A DNA stretch of 64,000 nucleotides. Source: Felis catus (lineage: Eukaryota). The notes under the pieces were generated by a model, which saw nothing but the letters and a program-made list of their open reading frames with translations, was not told the DNA's origin and searched no databases. The position numbers and the translations under genes were made by a program. Positions 38,656 through 51,500 of the stretch are shown piece by piece (the stretch's first letter is position 1; the number at the start of each line of letters is the position of its first letter). The DNA lies in contig NC_058368.1 of assembly GCF_018350175.1 (NCBI RefSeq), forward strand, positions 55,368,001 through 55,432,000. The letters are read 5' to 3'.

Positions 38656-39415
38656 CTTTTTTGAGACTATAATTGCTATCTCAAATTTCAAATATTTAAA
38701 GGATGCAGTTTGGTGAGTTTAGACAGATGTATAAACACATGATGCCATCACTGCATTCAAGGTAATAAACATATACATCACCTCCAAAAGTTTTCTTGTG
38801 CCCTTTTGGGGATTTTACTTTGTTTTGGTTTTGTTTTCTGGTAAGAACACTTACCATGAGATCTGCCCCTTTAGATTTTTTTAAGATATACATTTTGAAA
38901 ATAAAAATCATTCATAGGGCTTCTGGGTGGCTCAGTTGGTTTAGCATCTGACTTCGGCTCAGGTCATGATCTCACGGTCTGTGAGTTCAAGTCCCACGTT
39001 GGGCTCTGTGCTGACAGCTCAGAGCCTGAAACCTGCTTTGAATTCTGTGTCTCCCTCTCTCTTCCCCTTCCCTGCTTGCTCTCTGTTTCTCTCTCTCAAA
39101 TATAAACATTTTAAAAAGTTTTAAAAGTAAAAATGATTCATATTTAAGGTATACAACTTGATGATTTGATATTCATGTACATAGTGAAATGATTACCCCA
39201 ATCAAGTTCATTAACTTATCTCCTCACAAACTCTCTTGGATTTTTAACTGCACAGTACTGTGTTACTAACTATAGGCACTATGTTTTACAGCAAATCTTT
39301 AGGATTTATTTATTTTGTATAACTGTAACTTTATATCCATTGAAATTCCTCATCTCCTCCATTCCCCACTCATTCTCAGACACCCACCATTCTATTTGCT
39401 GCTTCTATAAGTTTC
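38656..39415 (-). mobile_element. L1MA/MB-like 3' ends (two stacked fragments)
   Basis: Two reverse L1 3'-terminal motifs (tatttaaaggatgcagtttggtgagttt; tatttaaggtatacaacttgatgatttg). Confidence 0.7.
38917..39123 (+). mobile_element. CAN-SINE nested in L1
   Basis: TSD AAA(A/G)TAAAAAT(C/G)ATTCATA at 38898-38916 and 39124-39142. Confidence 0.95.
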
Positions 39416-39884
39416 TCAGACCAAAACTTAACTAAAACTGTGGTAAGGGATGGTCTTCCGCTGAAAGAACTCTGCACTTCTCCTTTGGCCCAAATATAAT
39501 GTCACAGAGGCAAAATATTTGATTTACTATATGTTATATTTTGTAGAGCAATTGTAGATACTCTGTGTATTATAGGAGAGTCTAACTCTCCTGTATCATT
39601 GTGTCTGCCTTCCTCATTTCGCTGCTTTCAGAATTATATAAACTTATCCATGTTGTATGCTTAAAAGAGTATCTGGCATATATTAGGTATTCAACACCTG
39701 TTATTTTTGTTTACTTCCAGTTATCATCATATCATCATTTTTATTAAAAGACTTAAAGTTGAAGTAAGGATTTTCCTGATATAAATTCCCTGACTTTATG
39801 GCATCAAGATGATTATTTGTAATAAAATTACCATTACTATTTTCCTAACAATTCACTTTTCTTTTTGTCTTTTTAATTTTCAAC

Positions 39885-39951
39885 TGTATGTGTGTGGGTG
39901 GGTGTGTCTGTGTGTGAGAGAGAGAGAGAGAGAAAGAGAGGGAGAGAGAGA
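39885..39951. repeat. (GT)n(GA)n compound microsatellite
   Basis: Direct reading. Confidence 0.9.
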
Positions 39952-40059
39952 CCCAGAATATTTTTATTAAATGCCAATCATTAAATTCATGTAACATGTT
40001 CAATTTCTGTAACATGTTCATTTGCAGATACTGAAAAGAGAATAATCAGCAAGAAACAG

Positions 40060-40560
40060 ATTGGTAGGGAGAGCATGAATTTAAACATATTATGTTTAAG
40101 ATCTATTAGACATCCAGAATGCAATTCTTAGTCTAATTTTGGATTCAAGAGCACACATCAGAGCCATGTTAAAGCATATAAATAATCTTACTTAGGAAGC
40201 TAGTGTAGACAGAGAAGAGGTAAATGAATTAAGCATTGACTTCCTCTAGTACTTAAAGACTTTAAAGAGGAAGAAGACCCAGCAAAGAACTGAGATGGAA
40301 TGGCCACTCCATGGATGGAGTTAGCATGGAGAGCAAGAGTTGCTCTAAAGTCAAATGAAGAATATTTTTTTTCCAAATGAAAAGAAAAATAAAGATGGCT
40401 AGCGATAGCACTTGCATTTAGAAAGATGGAAGTTGTTGATGACATGATTCATTTGTGCTTTAGAGTCAAAAGACTGGCTATAATGGACTCAGGGGAGAAG
40501 AACAGAAGGAGCTGTAACATTGAGAGTACAGATGACTCCAAACTTGCAGACAGTAGCTAT
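40060..40560 (-). mobile_element. L2 relic
   Basis: tgtttaagatctattagacatccag and gaggaagaagacccagcaaagaactgagatgga are typical antisense L2 motifs. Confidence 0.6.
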
Positions 40561-41657
40561 GGGTGGATGGAATTGTATATACCCATTAGTGTATTTGTGA
40601 GGCTATGATATACTATTTTGTCTATAAATATAGCTATATATTCAAATATTTTGTTAATATTTTGTAGGAGACTTGAAAACATTCTTATCTAATTTTTTAA
40701 TTCACAATAGTCCTTGCAAAGGGTAATTATAGAGACAACCTTCATAAGCAACCCCAACCAAAATAATCTATTCATTGATAACTAGTGTGGTTATACAGCA
40801 ATGACCTAGGACCGTTAATTTGACATACATATCAGGATTTATTACTGTCAACCAACAAATAGAATACACTGAACAAATGTGGAGATTCTATGGATTAAAA
40901 AAAAAAAGTGATATTATCCTGTCCGTAAGCAGTAGATACAAGTTTTTCTGATAATTATTTCTATGTCAAAAAAAGTACAAAGCATAAAATAATCACCCAG
41001 AGACCATAATTTATCTCAAGTAATAAACGTGTTAATGCTTCCAATATTTCAATTGCATTGACTTTCTTTCTATGTTGTTTCAGTGATCACATCATATTGT
41101 GCACTGATTTTAATTGGATCATATATTTATTAGAGTATTTTAAAGTGATTTATTGATTAACTGAAAGTGCTTTTTAAAATATTACATCATAAGATCAGAC
41201 ACAGAAAATAAATCAGCACATAGCCTGTGTTTTTCCCATAGGGTTATATTTTTTTAGTAATTCTGAAGACTACATTTTTCTTTTCTGACAAGGACTAATA
41301 TTATTTTATTGCAGAGGAAAAAGGCTTATTTTGAGAAAGACAAACATCTTGGAGTTCCACAATAAAGATGTATGAATCAATGTCTTTTACTATTATAACA
41401 TCTCTTACTTTATGGAACAATGAATGAATGGTTGCCTAAGGCACTGTGGGTTCATTAAAGGTCAGATAAGCCCAGCAGCAGTAAAAATATTTCACATTCA
41501 AGAAAAAAAATGACAAAAATAAGAATAATTTTACAATATCTCAGAGGTTTATATTGCTTATAAATCTTTTTTATTTTTGTTTAAATAATTATTGTCAAAG
41601 ACATACTATATCTTGAAATTTTAAAGTATCTTTCTTTGATGACTAGCTTTATTTTTT

Positions 41658-41873
41658 TATTTTTTTTTTTTAACGTTTATTTATTTTTGGGACAGAGAGA
41701 GACAGAGCATGAACGGGGGAGGGCCAGAGAGAGAGGGAGACACAGAATCGGAAACAGGCTCCAGGCTCCGAGCCATCAGCCCAGAGCCCGACGCGGGGCT
41801 CGAACTCACGGACCGCGAGATCGTGACCTGGCTGAAGTCGGACGCTTAACCGACTGCGCCACCCAGGCGCCCC
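41658..41873 (-). mobile_element. CAN-SINE, very young
   Basis: CpGs largely intact. Perfect TSD GACTAGCTTTATTTTTT at 41641-41657 and 41874-41890. Confidence 0.97.
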
Positions 41874-42091
41874 GACTAGCTTTATTTTTTAATGTACCTT
41901 TGATAATATAGTTGTAAGTAAGTTACTGGCACAGAACAAAATTGTTATTATGTTCTAATAGTATGGAAAAATATTTTGAGAAACAGAAATAGTTTGAAAA
42001 AATATAAATGGATTTTCAAAACTCTATTAAAAAATTCCTTAAGATCAGAGGCAAGGAATGTAAAAGAGTTTAAAAATAAATAGAGATCAGA

Positions 42092-42315
42092 GGGGCACCT
42101 GAGTGACTCAGCTGGTTAACCAGCTGGTTAACCTGGTTGGCTCAGGTCTTGATCTCACAGTTGGTGGGTTCGAGCCCTGCTTTGGGCTCTGTGCTGACAG
42201 CTCAGAGCCTGGAGCCTGCTTTGATTCTGTGTCTCAGGCTTTTTCTGCCCCTCCCAGGCTCATGAGCTCTCTCTCCTTCAAAAATAAGTAAACATTAAAA
42301 AATTAAAAACATAAT
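42092..42315 (+). mobile_element. CAN-SINE with rearranged head
   Basis: SINE body. The segment after the A box is replaced by a palindromic duplication. Confidence 0.92.
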
Positions 42316-43089
42316 AAAATAAATACAGAGAAAGTACTGAAGGGTTAAATTTTATCTAGTTATAAAAATATGTATTTGTTAACTATAATTTTCAGGGTCC
42401 TTAAGTGTGTTGGCCATGAAGCAGCATTATAGAGAACAACAAACTGTATCCCTACTACTGAAATTTACATTTTGGTGATGACTTAATCTGAATCACTCAT
42501 GTAAGGAGAATATAAGAGTAAAATAAATAATCTGTTTTGTATAGCAGAGTGTGATGGGAACTAAGAGGACTATAGGTGGCTGGAGGATTTGTAAACTGAG
42601 ATGATATTAAAAGAGTGACCATATATCATCTAGATGTGAAGACAAAAATATTCAATCAAAAGAAACAGCATCGGAAAATAAATTATATGAAAGCAAAAGG
42701 CAAACGAACTAGGGATGGTATTGTTTAGATGACATGCAAAATGAAAGTATACTGGAAAAAAATATGTATCGCATTAGAAAATTAAATTGTACTTCCTCAA
42801 ATATCTATCAAATAAATTCATCGGGTGTTCAGAACATTACTACTGATTTCTTTTAGGGGGATAGGGTGCAGGGTTTCTCTATTTCTCCTTGAACAAGATA
42901 TTAAAATGTTTTCATCTCTGAATTCCTGTCCTATATTTAGAGCACATATTCTTATTAAAATATTTTCTAAATTATAATTATTATTTTGCCTTTTATGTAT
43001 TACTGACATTCCTTATGTTCTATTAAATTGCATTTAGCAACATGGTACAGGTTTTTAAGGTACCTGAGGTATCAAGGAAAGATATTTCT

Positions 43090-43284
43090 TTTAAAAAAAA
43101 TGTTTTTTAACGTTTATTCATTTTTGAGAGACAGAGAGAGATAGAGCATGAGCTGGGAAGGCGCAGAGAGAGGGAGACACAGAATCCGAGGCAGGCTCCA
43201 GGCTCTGAGCCATCAGCACAGAGACTGACACGGAGCTTGAACTCACAGACTGCAAGATCATGATCTGAGCCACCCAGGCGCCCC
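43090..43284 (-). mobile_element. CAN-SINE with internal deletion
   Basis: Perfect 18-bp TSD TCAAGGAAAGATATTTCT at 43072-43089 and 43285-43302. Confidence 0.95.
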
Positions 43285-44338
43285 TCAAGGAAAGATATTT
43301 CTAAATATGCATGCAATTTGAAAGATAGTGATGAAGAAACAACCACTATTAAAATTTAGACGAAAATAGAAAAATTCAAGAAACTCATTAAACCTGTCTC
43401 AGAAATAAATCAAACAAAAACTTCCATAACCATAAGGAAATATAATTGAGAATCCAACAATTCCAATTAAGAAAGGACAAAATGTCTTATAAGCAAAAAC
43501 TTCATACAACCTATAACCTGATTATCTCAAATATTCATAAACTTTTCTACATATGAATAAAAGATTTTTTTTTCATGGAAAGGGCACACACTGTCAGTAA
43601 CACCATAAACCTATGGACAAATATCTTAGACAAAATACTAGAAAAGAAAATTAAAAAATGTATTAAAAAATATCATATGAGAATCCATTCGTTGTGATGA
43701 AAAATCTTGTTTTCCTTGCTATCTATTAAGTACTACTAAGAACCTTAGTTTTATTGTAAAAATCTACTCCCTTTACTTCTGTGTCATAACACTGTCTTGA
43801 GCTTGCAGAGTAAATGGTAAAAGTATACCTGAAAGCATTTTTTACATCAGTGTGACTAGCAATAATGAAGTTATCTGTTATAGACTACAGAGCACATGAA
43901 TGTTTATAGAAATTAGATACTTCTCACCAGTGATATGTTTCAGATATGTGATGTTATTTTTCTCCACTTTAAATATGATAAACAGTGCCTTTCTTATTTT
44001 AAGCACATGATCAATTTTTCTAATATTTGCTTTTCTACTTAAAGCTGGTCACTAGTCATTTGGATCTCTAGCATTTCTGTTATAGAAGCATTATGAAAAA
44101 AATTATTTAAAAAGATTTAAAGTTATTATAGTATATTTCCACATATTTTTACCTGGTATTAAAAATATAGTTTAATTTGTGTATTTGTTATATTTGTTTC
44201 ATATTCTTTAAAAGTATGCTTTTTAATATGATTATAAAGTTTTTAATTAAAAACACTTCAAAAATTAGAAGAAATAGAGGAATAATAAAGAAAATTTTCA
44301 AAGGCATTTGGTATACTACTAAGATTTATTTAGAAGAA

Positions 44339-44557
44339 GCAATAAGTTGGTAAATGTTTAATAATCTTCCCTGGAGGAAACAAAACAAAACAAAATCTTG
44401 ATTTGTGTCATTGTTATTTTTTATGCTAAAAATAAAATACCCCTACCAAAGCCAATTGTAAACAACCAACACAAAATCAAATAGCTCACAGAATTTCCAA
44501 ATATTTAACAATGGTCTTTCACACTCAGTAGTATGAGACAGCTTTAACATATCTCTG
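44339..44557. mobile_element. hAT DNA transposon relic (MER63-like MITE)
   Basis: ttggtaaatgtttaataatc...ttgatttgtg...aaatacccctaccaaagcc resembles MER63. Confidence 0.55.
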
Positions 44558-45547
44558 GAACTTACATGTATTTTTAAAAATAAAATTATACTGGATATGT
44601 GTATTTCAGTACACATTTAAGTGCAATAAACTTAATGCATTCAACTTTGTCCAAGAGTCCTTCATATGTTTCCATATATTCCCTATATTCTGTACATTTT
44701 TTGAAAATATTTAAAAAGGCAGGTAGTACATAGAGTGTAACTTCTTCATTATTGCTTTAAAAATGATTCACTATGAGACTATTCATAATATATGTCTTGT
44801 TTTCTATATTTACATGATTTTATTCATTAAAGTTTTCACATGGGTTTGATTGAGTCTGAAACTACGCTAAATTATTTTAAATATGGTTAGAATCTAAATT
44901 TAGGGATTACACATGAAATTCATTCCGTTGTTTTCCCTTTCCTGGTTTCTAAGATAAGTGGCAGATAACCACAGATGCAGTCAGAATATTCACCTTTTTA
45001 TCACAAAGATAATGATGCCAAAAGCAGTTCTGAAATCTCTTCATATCAGCTATTACATATGTAGAGCAAAAAGACTCTGCTGTCACCTCAGTATCATCTC
45101 ATCAGCGCCCTTGAACTCCTCAGCAGGTATGCCATCTGTCATCAGACTTTGATTCTTTACAATTTTAAAGGCTCTAATGCGATGCAAATCTTGATCAATC
45201 TTTTAGTTTAGGAGAAACCCTGTATCTGTCATCAGACAGAAAGCCAAGAATATGATGCCTTTTAAAGTAGACATTCTACTAGTCATAATATAGTCTGCTA
45301 CTATCATAATACCTTTCTTAGACATACATAATTTTTATTATTCAGTAAGTAAGGTATTAGTAACTACAAATGAGGAATGATCAATTAAAGGTAAGGGAAC
45401 CAAAATTGTGGTAAAAGCTAAAAACTACATATAAATTATGAACCAACTGATATTGAGATAAAAATATATTTTCTCAAGGAGTAAAAATATTTCCTACAAT
45501 ACTTGTGTACTCTGTGTAGGAAATGCTTAAAAATTTGATTGACTATT

Positions 45548-45755
45548 GGGGCTCCTGGGTGGCCCAGTTGGTTAAGCATCTGTCTTCACTTCAGGTCATG
45601 ATCTCATAGTTCATGAGTTCAAGCCCCACATCGGGCTCTGTGCTGATAGCTCAGAGCCTGGAGCCTGCTTCAGATTCTGTGTCTGCCCTTCCCTTGTTTG
45701 TGCTCTCTCTCTCTCTCTCTCAAAAATAAATAAACATTAAAAAAATTTTAAAAAC
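45548..45755 (+). mobile_element. CAN-SINE
   Basis: SINE body and tail. TSD not clear. Confidence 0.93.
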
Positions 45756-46164
45756 AAGAGAGAATTTGGCCATAGACCATCTACTCTAAAAATGCATACG
45801 CACACATGAAAATTTTTATCTCTCTCAAGAGTTTTACTGAGACTCAGAAACCATCTACAAACATTAAATTAAAAACAATTGCATAATTATGTCGACCACT
45901 ATAACAGATTTAGATTAAAATATTACTGATTTACTTTCCTTATAATTAGGATACGTTGTTATCAGGAACACATGAATAATTTTAACATAACTTTTTGGTA
46001 TAAAGACTCAATTTCATAAGAAACGATTTTTTTTTTCAAAATTTAAACATTGATTTAAATACTAATTCTTTTTAAATTCAGTCTGGTATACTTGACATGC
46101 CTGAGAAAATAATTGGTTACGAAAAACAGAATAAGATATGATATGACCTATTTTTAAAATAACC

Positions 46165-46615
46165 CTAAATTCCTCTTTTACATGCAACCATTCTCATGTA
46201 ATTTTCACCTTAACAGGATAAGTTTAATTCCTCATATCTGAAATCTGGGATGGCATTGTGAGTTTATTTGGCTAGTAAAGCACAGTAGAAGCAACATTTT
46301 ACTTAGACAAGCTTGGGCTACAAGAGGCCTTCTGTGCCTTTGCTCTCCTCTTAGAATCTGGCTAGTCTACCATCTAAACAATAACAAAAAAGATAACCTT
46401 CTGAAAGGATGAGGTACCACAATAAGTAGAGATGAACTATCTTAGCAGAACCATCATAGACAACCCAATCCTTCACCCCATGATGACCCAGGAGTGAGCT
46501 CAGCCAAGTTCAGCTTCTCCTGGCCAAGATAATGCAGAATTGCCCAGTTCATCCCAGTCCATCATCCATTCTTAAAACTATGAATTGAATAAGTAGTGCT
46601 GTTTTAGGTTTGGGT
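46165..46615 (+). mobile_element. MaLR LTR (MLT1-type)
   Basis: gaaatctgggatggcattgtgag, gtgagctcagccaag, gcagaattgcccag and tgctgttttag motifs. Confidence 0.65.
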
Positions 46616-46650
46616 TTTTTTTTTTTTTTTTTTATTGAAATCTATTTTTA

Positions 46651-46872
46651 TTTTTTATTTATTTTTTTATTTTTTAATGTTTATTTATTTTTGAGACAGA
46701 GAGCACATGAATGGGGGAGGGTCAAAGAGAGAGGGAGACACAGAATTGGAAGCAGTCTCCAGGCTCTGAGCTGTCAGCACAGAACCTGACGCGGGGCTCG
46801 AACTCACGGACCGTGAGATCATGACCTGAGCTGAAGTCAAACGCTTAACCGACTGAGCCACCCAGGCGCCCC
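46651..46872 (-). mobile_element. CAN-SINE
   Basis: Perfect TSD TGAAATCTATTTTTA at 46636-46650 and 46873-46887. Confidence 0.96.
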
Positions 46873-47308
46873 TGAAATCTATTTTTAAAACAAAACAAAA
46901 ATGAGAGCCAAAATTTTCATTGAATCTCTGAGGAAAAAAACCTATGCCCAAGTGAGATATGCACCAGTAGGTAATGATAACCACTAGGACATACGCACAT
47001 ACTGTACTTCTACCTCCTATATTTTTTTCAGTGATATATGAAGTTACACCTCAATATTTTTTTCAGTGATATATAATTTTGGGCCATATCTCTTTTTACT
47101 GCATACATTTAGGAGTTAGTCCCAGAAATGCAGGCTACTTGGAACAAGGTAGGTGGCCATATACCTATATACACTTTTTCATACAGAGATCTTGTGCACA
47201 CAGGATGCACAGGAAAAAAAAGATTTCCAGTATTTACATAAGGATTATATTCCCGAATAATTTATGTAGCTTGAATTTTAAAATAGGAAGAAGAAAGGAA
47301 AGAAGTAG

Positions 47309-47674
47309 TGTTGCATCCACACGACTCCTGAAACAATGCTATGGGCATCAGTGACAGTCACAACAAAGTTTATTGCAATGAGAGGTAAGGCCAACTGATC
47401 AGAGAACAGCCGGGTACAGAGTTTTTAGAGCCGACCACATGGTCTTATCATCACCTGGGAACAGAACAAAGAAATAGTTCCCAGATGGGGGTGGAAACAG
47501 TTCAGACACGCCCTTGCCCCAATCCAATCAAACACTAATCCAGTTGATTTTCCTTGAACTTTTGTTCCCTTGATTGATAGGACAAGACTGTTATCTCTTA
47601 ACTTACAGTGTCAAAACAAAGCTGTTATTTCTCAAGGCTACAGGTTAGCCCTACACTACAATTTAAGCCTTACA
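47309..47674 (-). mobile_element. Solo LTR (ERV1-type), 366 bp
   Basis: TG...CA termini. 4-bp TSD GTAG at 47305-47308 and 47675-47678. Minus-strand AATAAA near 47370. Confidence 0.8.
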
Positions 47675-49031
47675 GTAGGAAGGGATGGAAGTAGAGAAGG
47701 AAGAAGGGAAGAAGGGAGGGAAAGAAGACTGAATATTTTTCCAAATTCATCTCTTTAACCGTTGGTAGTAAATGGCCTATGTTGAATTTCCCAAATCCAT
47801 CCCCCAATGATGGATTTTTATTTCTTTGATCTATTTAGATTAATATCAGGCTTATATCTGTTATCAATTAGAGATCCTTCAAAAATAAAGTTTAGATCAA
47901 CTCTATAAACCAAAGAACAATACATCAAAGAGAAAACATACATTCTATATGATGTAAATAAAATATTTAATTATTATAGTCTGCTTTTTTCATATTATGA
48001 TGCCTATCATGAACTCACTCTACAAGTTACTCGGTCTAAGATATACCTGTATTTTTAGAAAATAATTTTTATAGGAAATGTGAAAAATAGAAATTTTAAT
48101 ATTTGGTAAAATATTGATTAAAGGAATATTACTAAATATCTAAAATCATATAATAACATAACCTGGAATGATGTAAAAGAATAGAAGTCACCCTGAAACA
48201 AGAACTGAATGAGAAATGTAAATAAATCAAAGCCTTCCTACCTATAAAGATTTGAGCATGCATAAAATACAAGTCAGATAGGAAATCTATAAGAAAATAA
48301 TTGTAAGGAATGCAGTGTAAAGGGAAAAGAGATCAAATTGATTAAATAAAAGAATATATCCCCACACAAGAGAATTATGGCCCTACATACCAATAATTGA
48401 TGTATGTGAATAATACAAATTAACAAATTGAGCAGAAGCCGTTAAGTAAAGACATAGTAAAACAAAAGAGGTTTGTGATCAAGGGAGCTGGTTCACACAT
48501 TATTTTCAAGACAAATTAATGAAAATATACCATAAACATTTACTCATGTCCTAGTGAACACTAAACCAGTGAAGAATGTCATTATACTGGTGAAATGAGG
48601 TGGACAGGTTGGATGTGAAATCATTATTGGAAAATATACAAAGTATCATTGTGGACTTTTGACAATATAGAAAGCTGAAATAATCACAACTATGCATTTT
48701 TATGTACCTATTAATCAATTATTTCTCTTTTATTTGCCTGTCTTATTTCACAATATAGTTCATACTCATCAGTTATACTAAATATAATCTATACTCTATA
48801 AGTAAGCAAACTTTGCCCTGGGTACTGCCAGGGGAGTTTTGAATTTTATATACCTCATAATGTACCCTTAGTAAACCAATTGGTCCTTATCTTGACCAAG
48901 ACTCAGTAGCAGTCCTTGATGAGCAGAAACACTGTCCAGTCAACTTGTAAATTAAGTCTGTCCTTCAGAGTCCATCTTGCTGATTCTGTTTCTAAAGTGT
49001 TTATTACCGTTTTTTCTGCATCCTTTACACT

Positions 49032-49498
49032 TGTTGGGGAGGAAGACCTTCCTCTGATTTACGGTCCTTATAGCTGGACTTAGAATCAAATTTCCATGCG
49101 ACAGATTAATATGAGAAAATCAAATTTAATAAGTGTACCATGGGGAATCCACATAGACAGAAGATTTCAAAGACAATGAGGCAACAGCAAGTTTATATGA
49201 CCTAAGGAGAGGAGTAGATGCCTGAGGACACAAAGGGGAGAAAGCTTATTAGCAAGAAAGTGAAAGGAGATGTTTGGAAAAACAAGATTGCCCTATTATG
49301 CAGGTATGTTCCTTAAGTAAAAGAGATTCTCTGATCATAGCTCTCTTTCTATTATAGGCTCTCCTTTCCAATGTAAATTTAGGTAGATAGGTAGGCAGAG
49401 AGCCCTGTCTGTATCTGCTGGGCTTTAATTACTTTTAACGCAAAGTAATCTTTATAGCAAAGTGACCCATCTTGAGGCAGCTTGTCATGGCCCCTGCA
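49032..49498 (-). mobile_element. Solo LTR (ERV1, MER34-like carnivore family)
   Basis: TG...CA termini. TSD CACT at 49028-49031 and 49499-49502. Reverse-complement homologous to 54837-55290. Confidence 0.88.
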
Positions 49499-50028
49499 CA
49501 CTACTTACAAAACAAAATAGGTAATAGGATGCATACTGATTACTATCTTCCAACGGGGTGCAGATATTGCTTTCAAGATACATTTAAGATACATTTCAAG
49601 ATACATAAGCACAAGTGGTTTCACAACTCTGCCCCAAGATGACTGCTTTTTTAAACTTCCTTCCACCATAAAAATTTGAACTTTATGAAAAGTTGATTCA
49701 ATATACAATTAAATGATTGTTAACTGACTTTACTTGCTTGTTTGGCTGAGAGCTTCCGTTAGAAGAATAGGCTGTGGGGATTTAAATTCAATCTCCCAGT
49801 TCATCTGATCACCAATGAATATTATGTTTTATTAAATCAATCAAATTAATCTCTTAAATCACAACAGAAATACACACCAAATAGCAGTTACCAATCATGA
49901 ATTGGACTAAAATCATTGCAAATACATTAGTTTGAGTTGCGTTAGTATCTTCTGGCTTTCCAGACAAGAGGAAACTTTGCTCATAACCCACATTGTCTTG
50001 GATTGGGGAATAAATTAAACTCAGTTAA

Positions 50029-50251
50029 GGGGTGCCTGGGTGGCTCAGTTGGGTAAGTGTCCAACGTTGGCTCAGGTCATGATCTCGCAGTTTGTGAGTT
50101 CGAGCCCTGTGTCGGACTCTGTGCTGACAGCTCAGAGCCTGGAGCCTGCTTTGGATTCTGTGTCTCCCTCTTTCTCAGAATCTTCAGATTCTGTGTCTCC
50201 CTTCCCTGCTCACACTCTCTCTCTCAAAAATAAATAAACATTAAAAATAAA
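50029..50251 (+). mobile_element. CAN-SINE with internal duplication
   Basis: TSD approximately TAAACTCAGTTAA on both sides. Confidence 0.95.
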
Positions 50252-51049
50252 TAAATAAACTCAGTTAAAAATGGACCTTAAGTCTCTTGTGGGCATTGCC
50301 ATATGTACTGTTTATACTGCCTTGTTATACTGAAATGGATTTCTACATGAATTTCCTGACAGCTGTGGTCTGACCAAGATCTTTTACTAGGCAATCTGTA
50401 GATGCGTTTAATCACTAATGATCTTGTTAGCAAATAAAGCAATTGTTAGTTATATTGTGAACTTCTGACAAAAATTATAAGATACATGCATTTATCGAAT
50501 GTTTGTAGGATCACTTATCTTATGTCCCCATGGGACAATTTCCAAACAGTGAAAAAAAAGCATCTGCTTGGTTTCTATCTCCTTCTAAATTTTAATGGCC
50601 ATCAACATGATTATTTGATATTTTTTACTTACATTTGATTTTCTCTTTCCAATTCCATAAAGTTTATCATAACAAAACACTTGACATTTTATCAATCTAC
50701 TAGCTACTGCCCAAGAATCACTAAAAACCTACATTACATTGTTGTTATCCAATTCTTAATGCGTCAAGAAACACCAATCTTTGTTATATCCGTTGTGTGA
50801 ATCTATGTTTTTTTTTTCCCTTTCCATTCAAAAAGCAACTGTCAACTATTTGCAAGGCATGGGTTTTACGACCAAGTACCAATTAACCACATTTGATCTA
50901 CCTTCTGTAAACCAAGGTGCTTGGCATCTTCTAGTAACTGTTCATGGTAAGTGGTCCCTTTGGCTATGAGATTAGGTTACTTCTGAAGGGGATCTTATGT
51001 TGACCCAGCCAAAAGGCAGAGCAACCACCAATTCATGTACTGTCTGATA

Positions 51050-51500
51050 CTCCAGTGGTCACTAATGCTGTGTATTCTTGAATACATTGTTTCCACCTAG
51101 TGAGGGAAATTTGCATTTCCCTTCCTGTGGGAATAGACATGAAGGTTATTTCAGCTTACAATATGTATATTCTTCTGTAATAGAAGATATTTCAATGAAA
51201 AGCCAATAACAAGGCAACAAATCCCTTTCAAATGGCACATGTCTTGAAACTGCATCAAATTCCAGCAATAAATGGTGAATGTCAGTAACAGACTTTTCCC
51301 AGAGGCTCCATTTAGTATGGTGTACTCAACAGACATTTCCTGTAATTAGTTCTGGCTAATTAATTAGCTGAAATTTCCTGATTGCCATTCCCTTCCTACC
51401 CCCAGTAGTGTCCTATGTTGTTTTAAATTAACTACTTGAATGGGTTTAGGCAATTCTAAAGGTTCCCATTCTGCATGCCATATTAAAAAGGATGAAGAAT
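51050..51500 (-). pseudogene. ERV-L pol (reverse transcriptase) remnant
   Basis: Colinear motifs WEPLELPKPIQVVNLKQHR, MSVEY and FMSIP...QEYT match ERV-L pol WKPLELP...VNQKQYR, MTVDY and FFSIP...QQYT. The true extent is probably larger. Confidence 0.7.

Noticed and set aside
44950..45250. Non-repetitive stretch with octamer ATGCAAAT (45182-45189), possible enhancer
   Set aside because: A single 8-mer is expected by chance in 64 kb of AT-rich DNA, and conservation cannot be assessed here.
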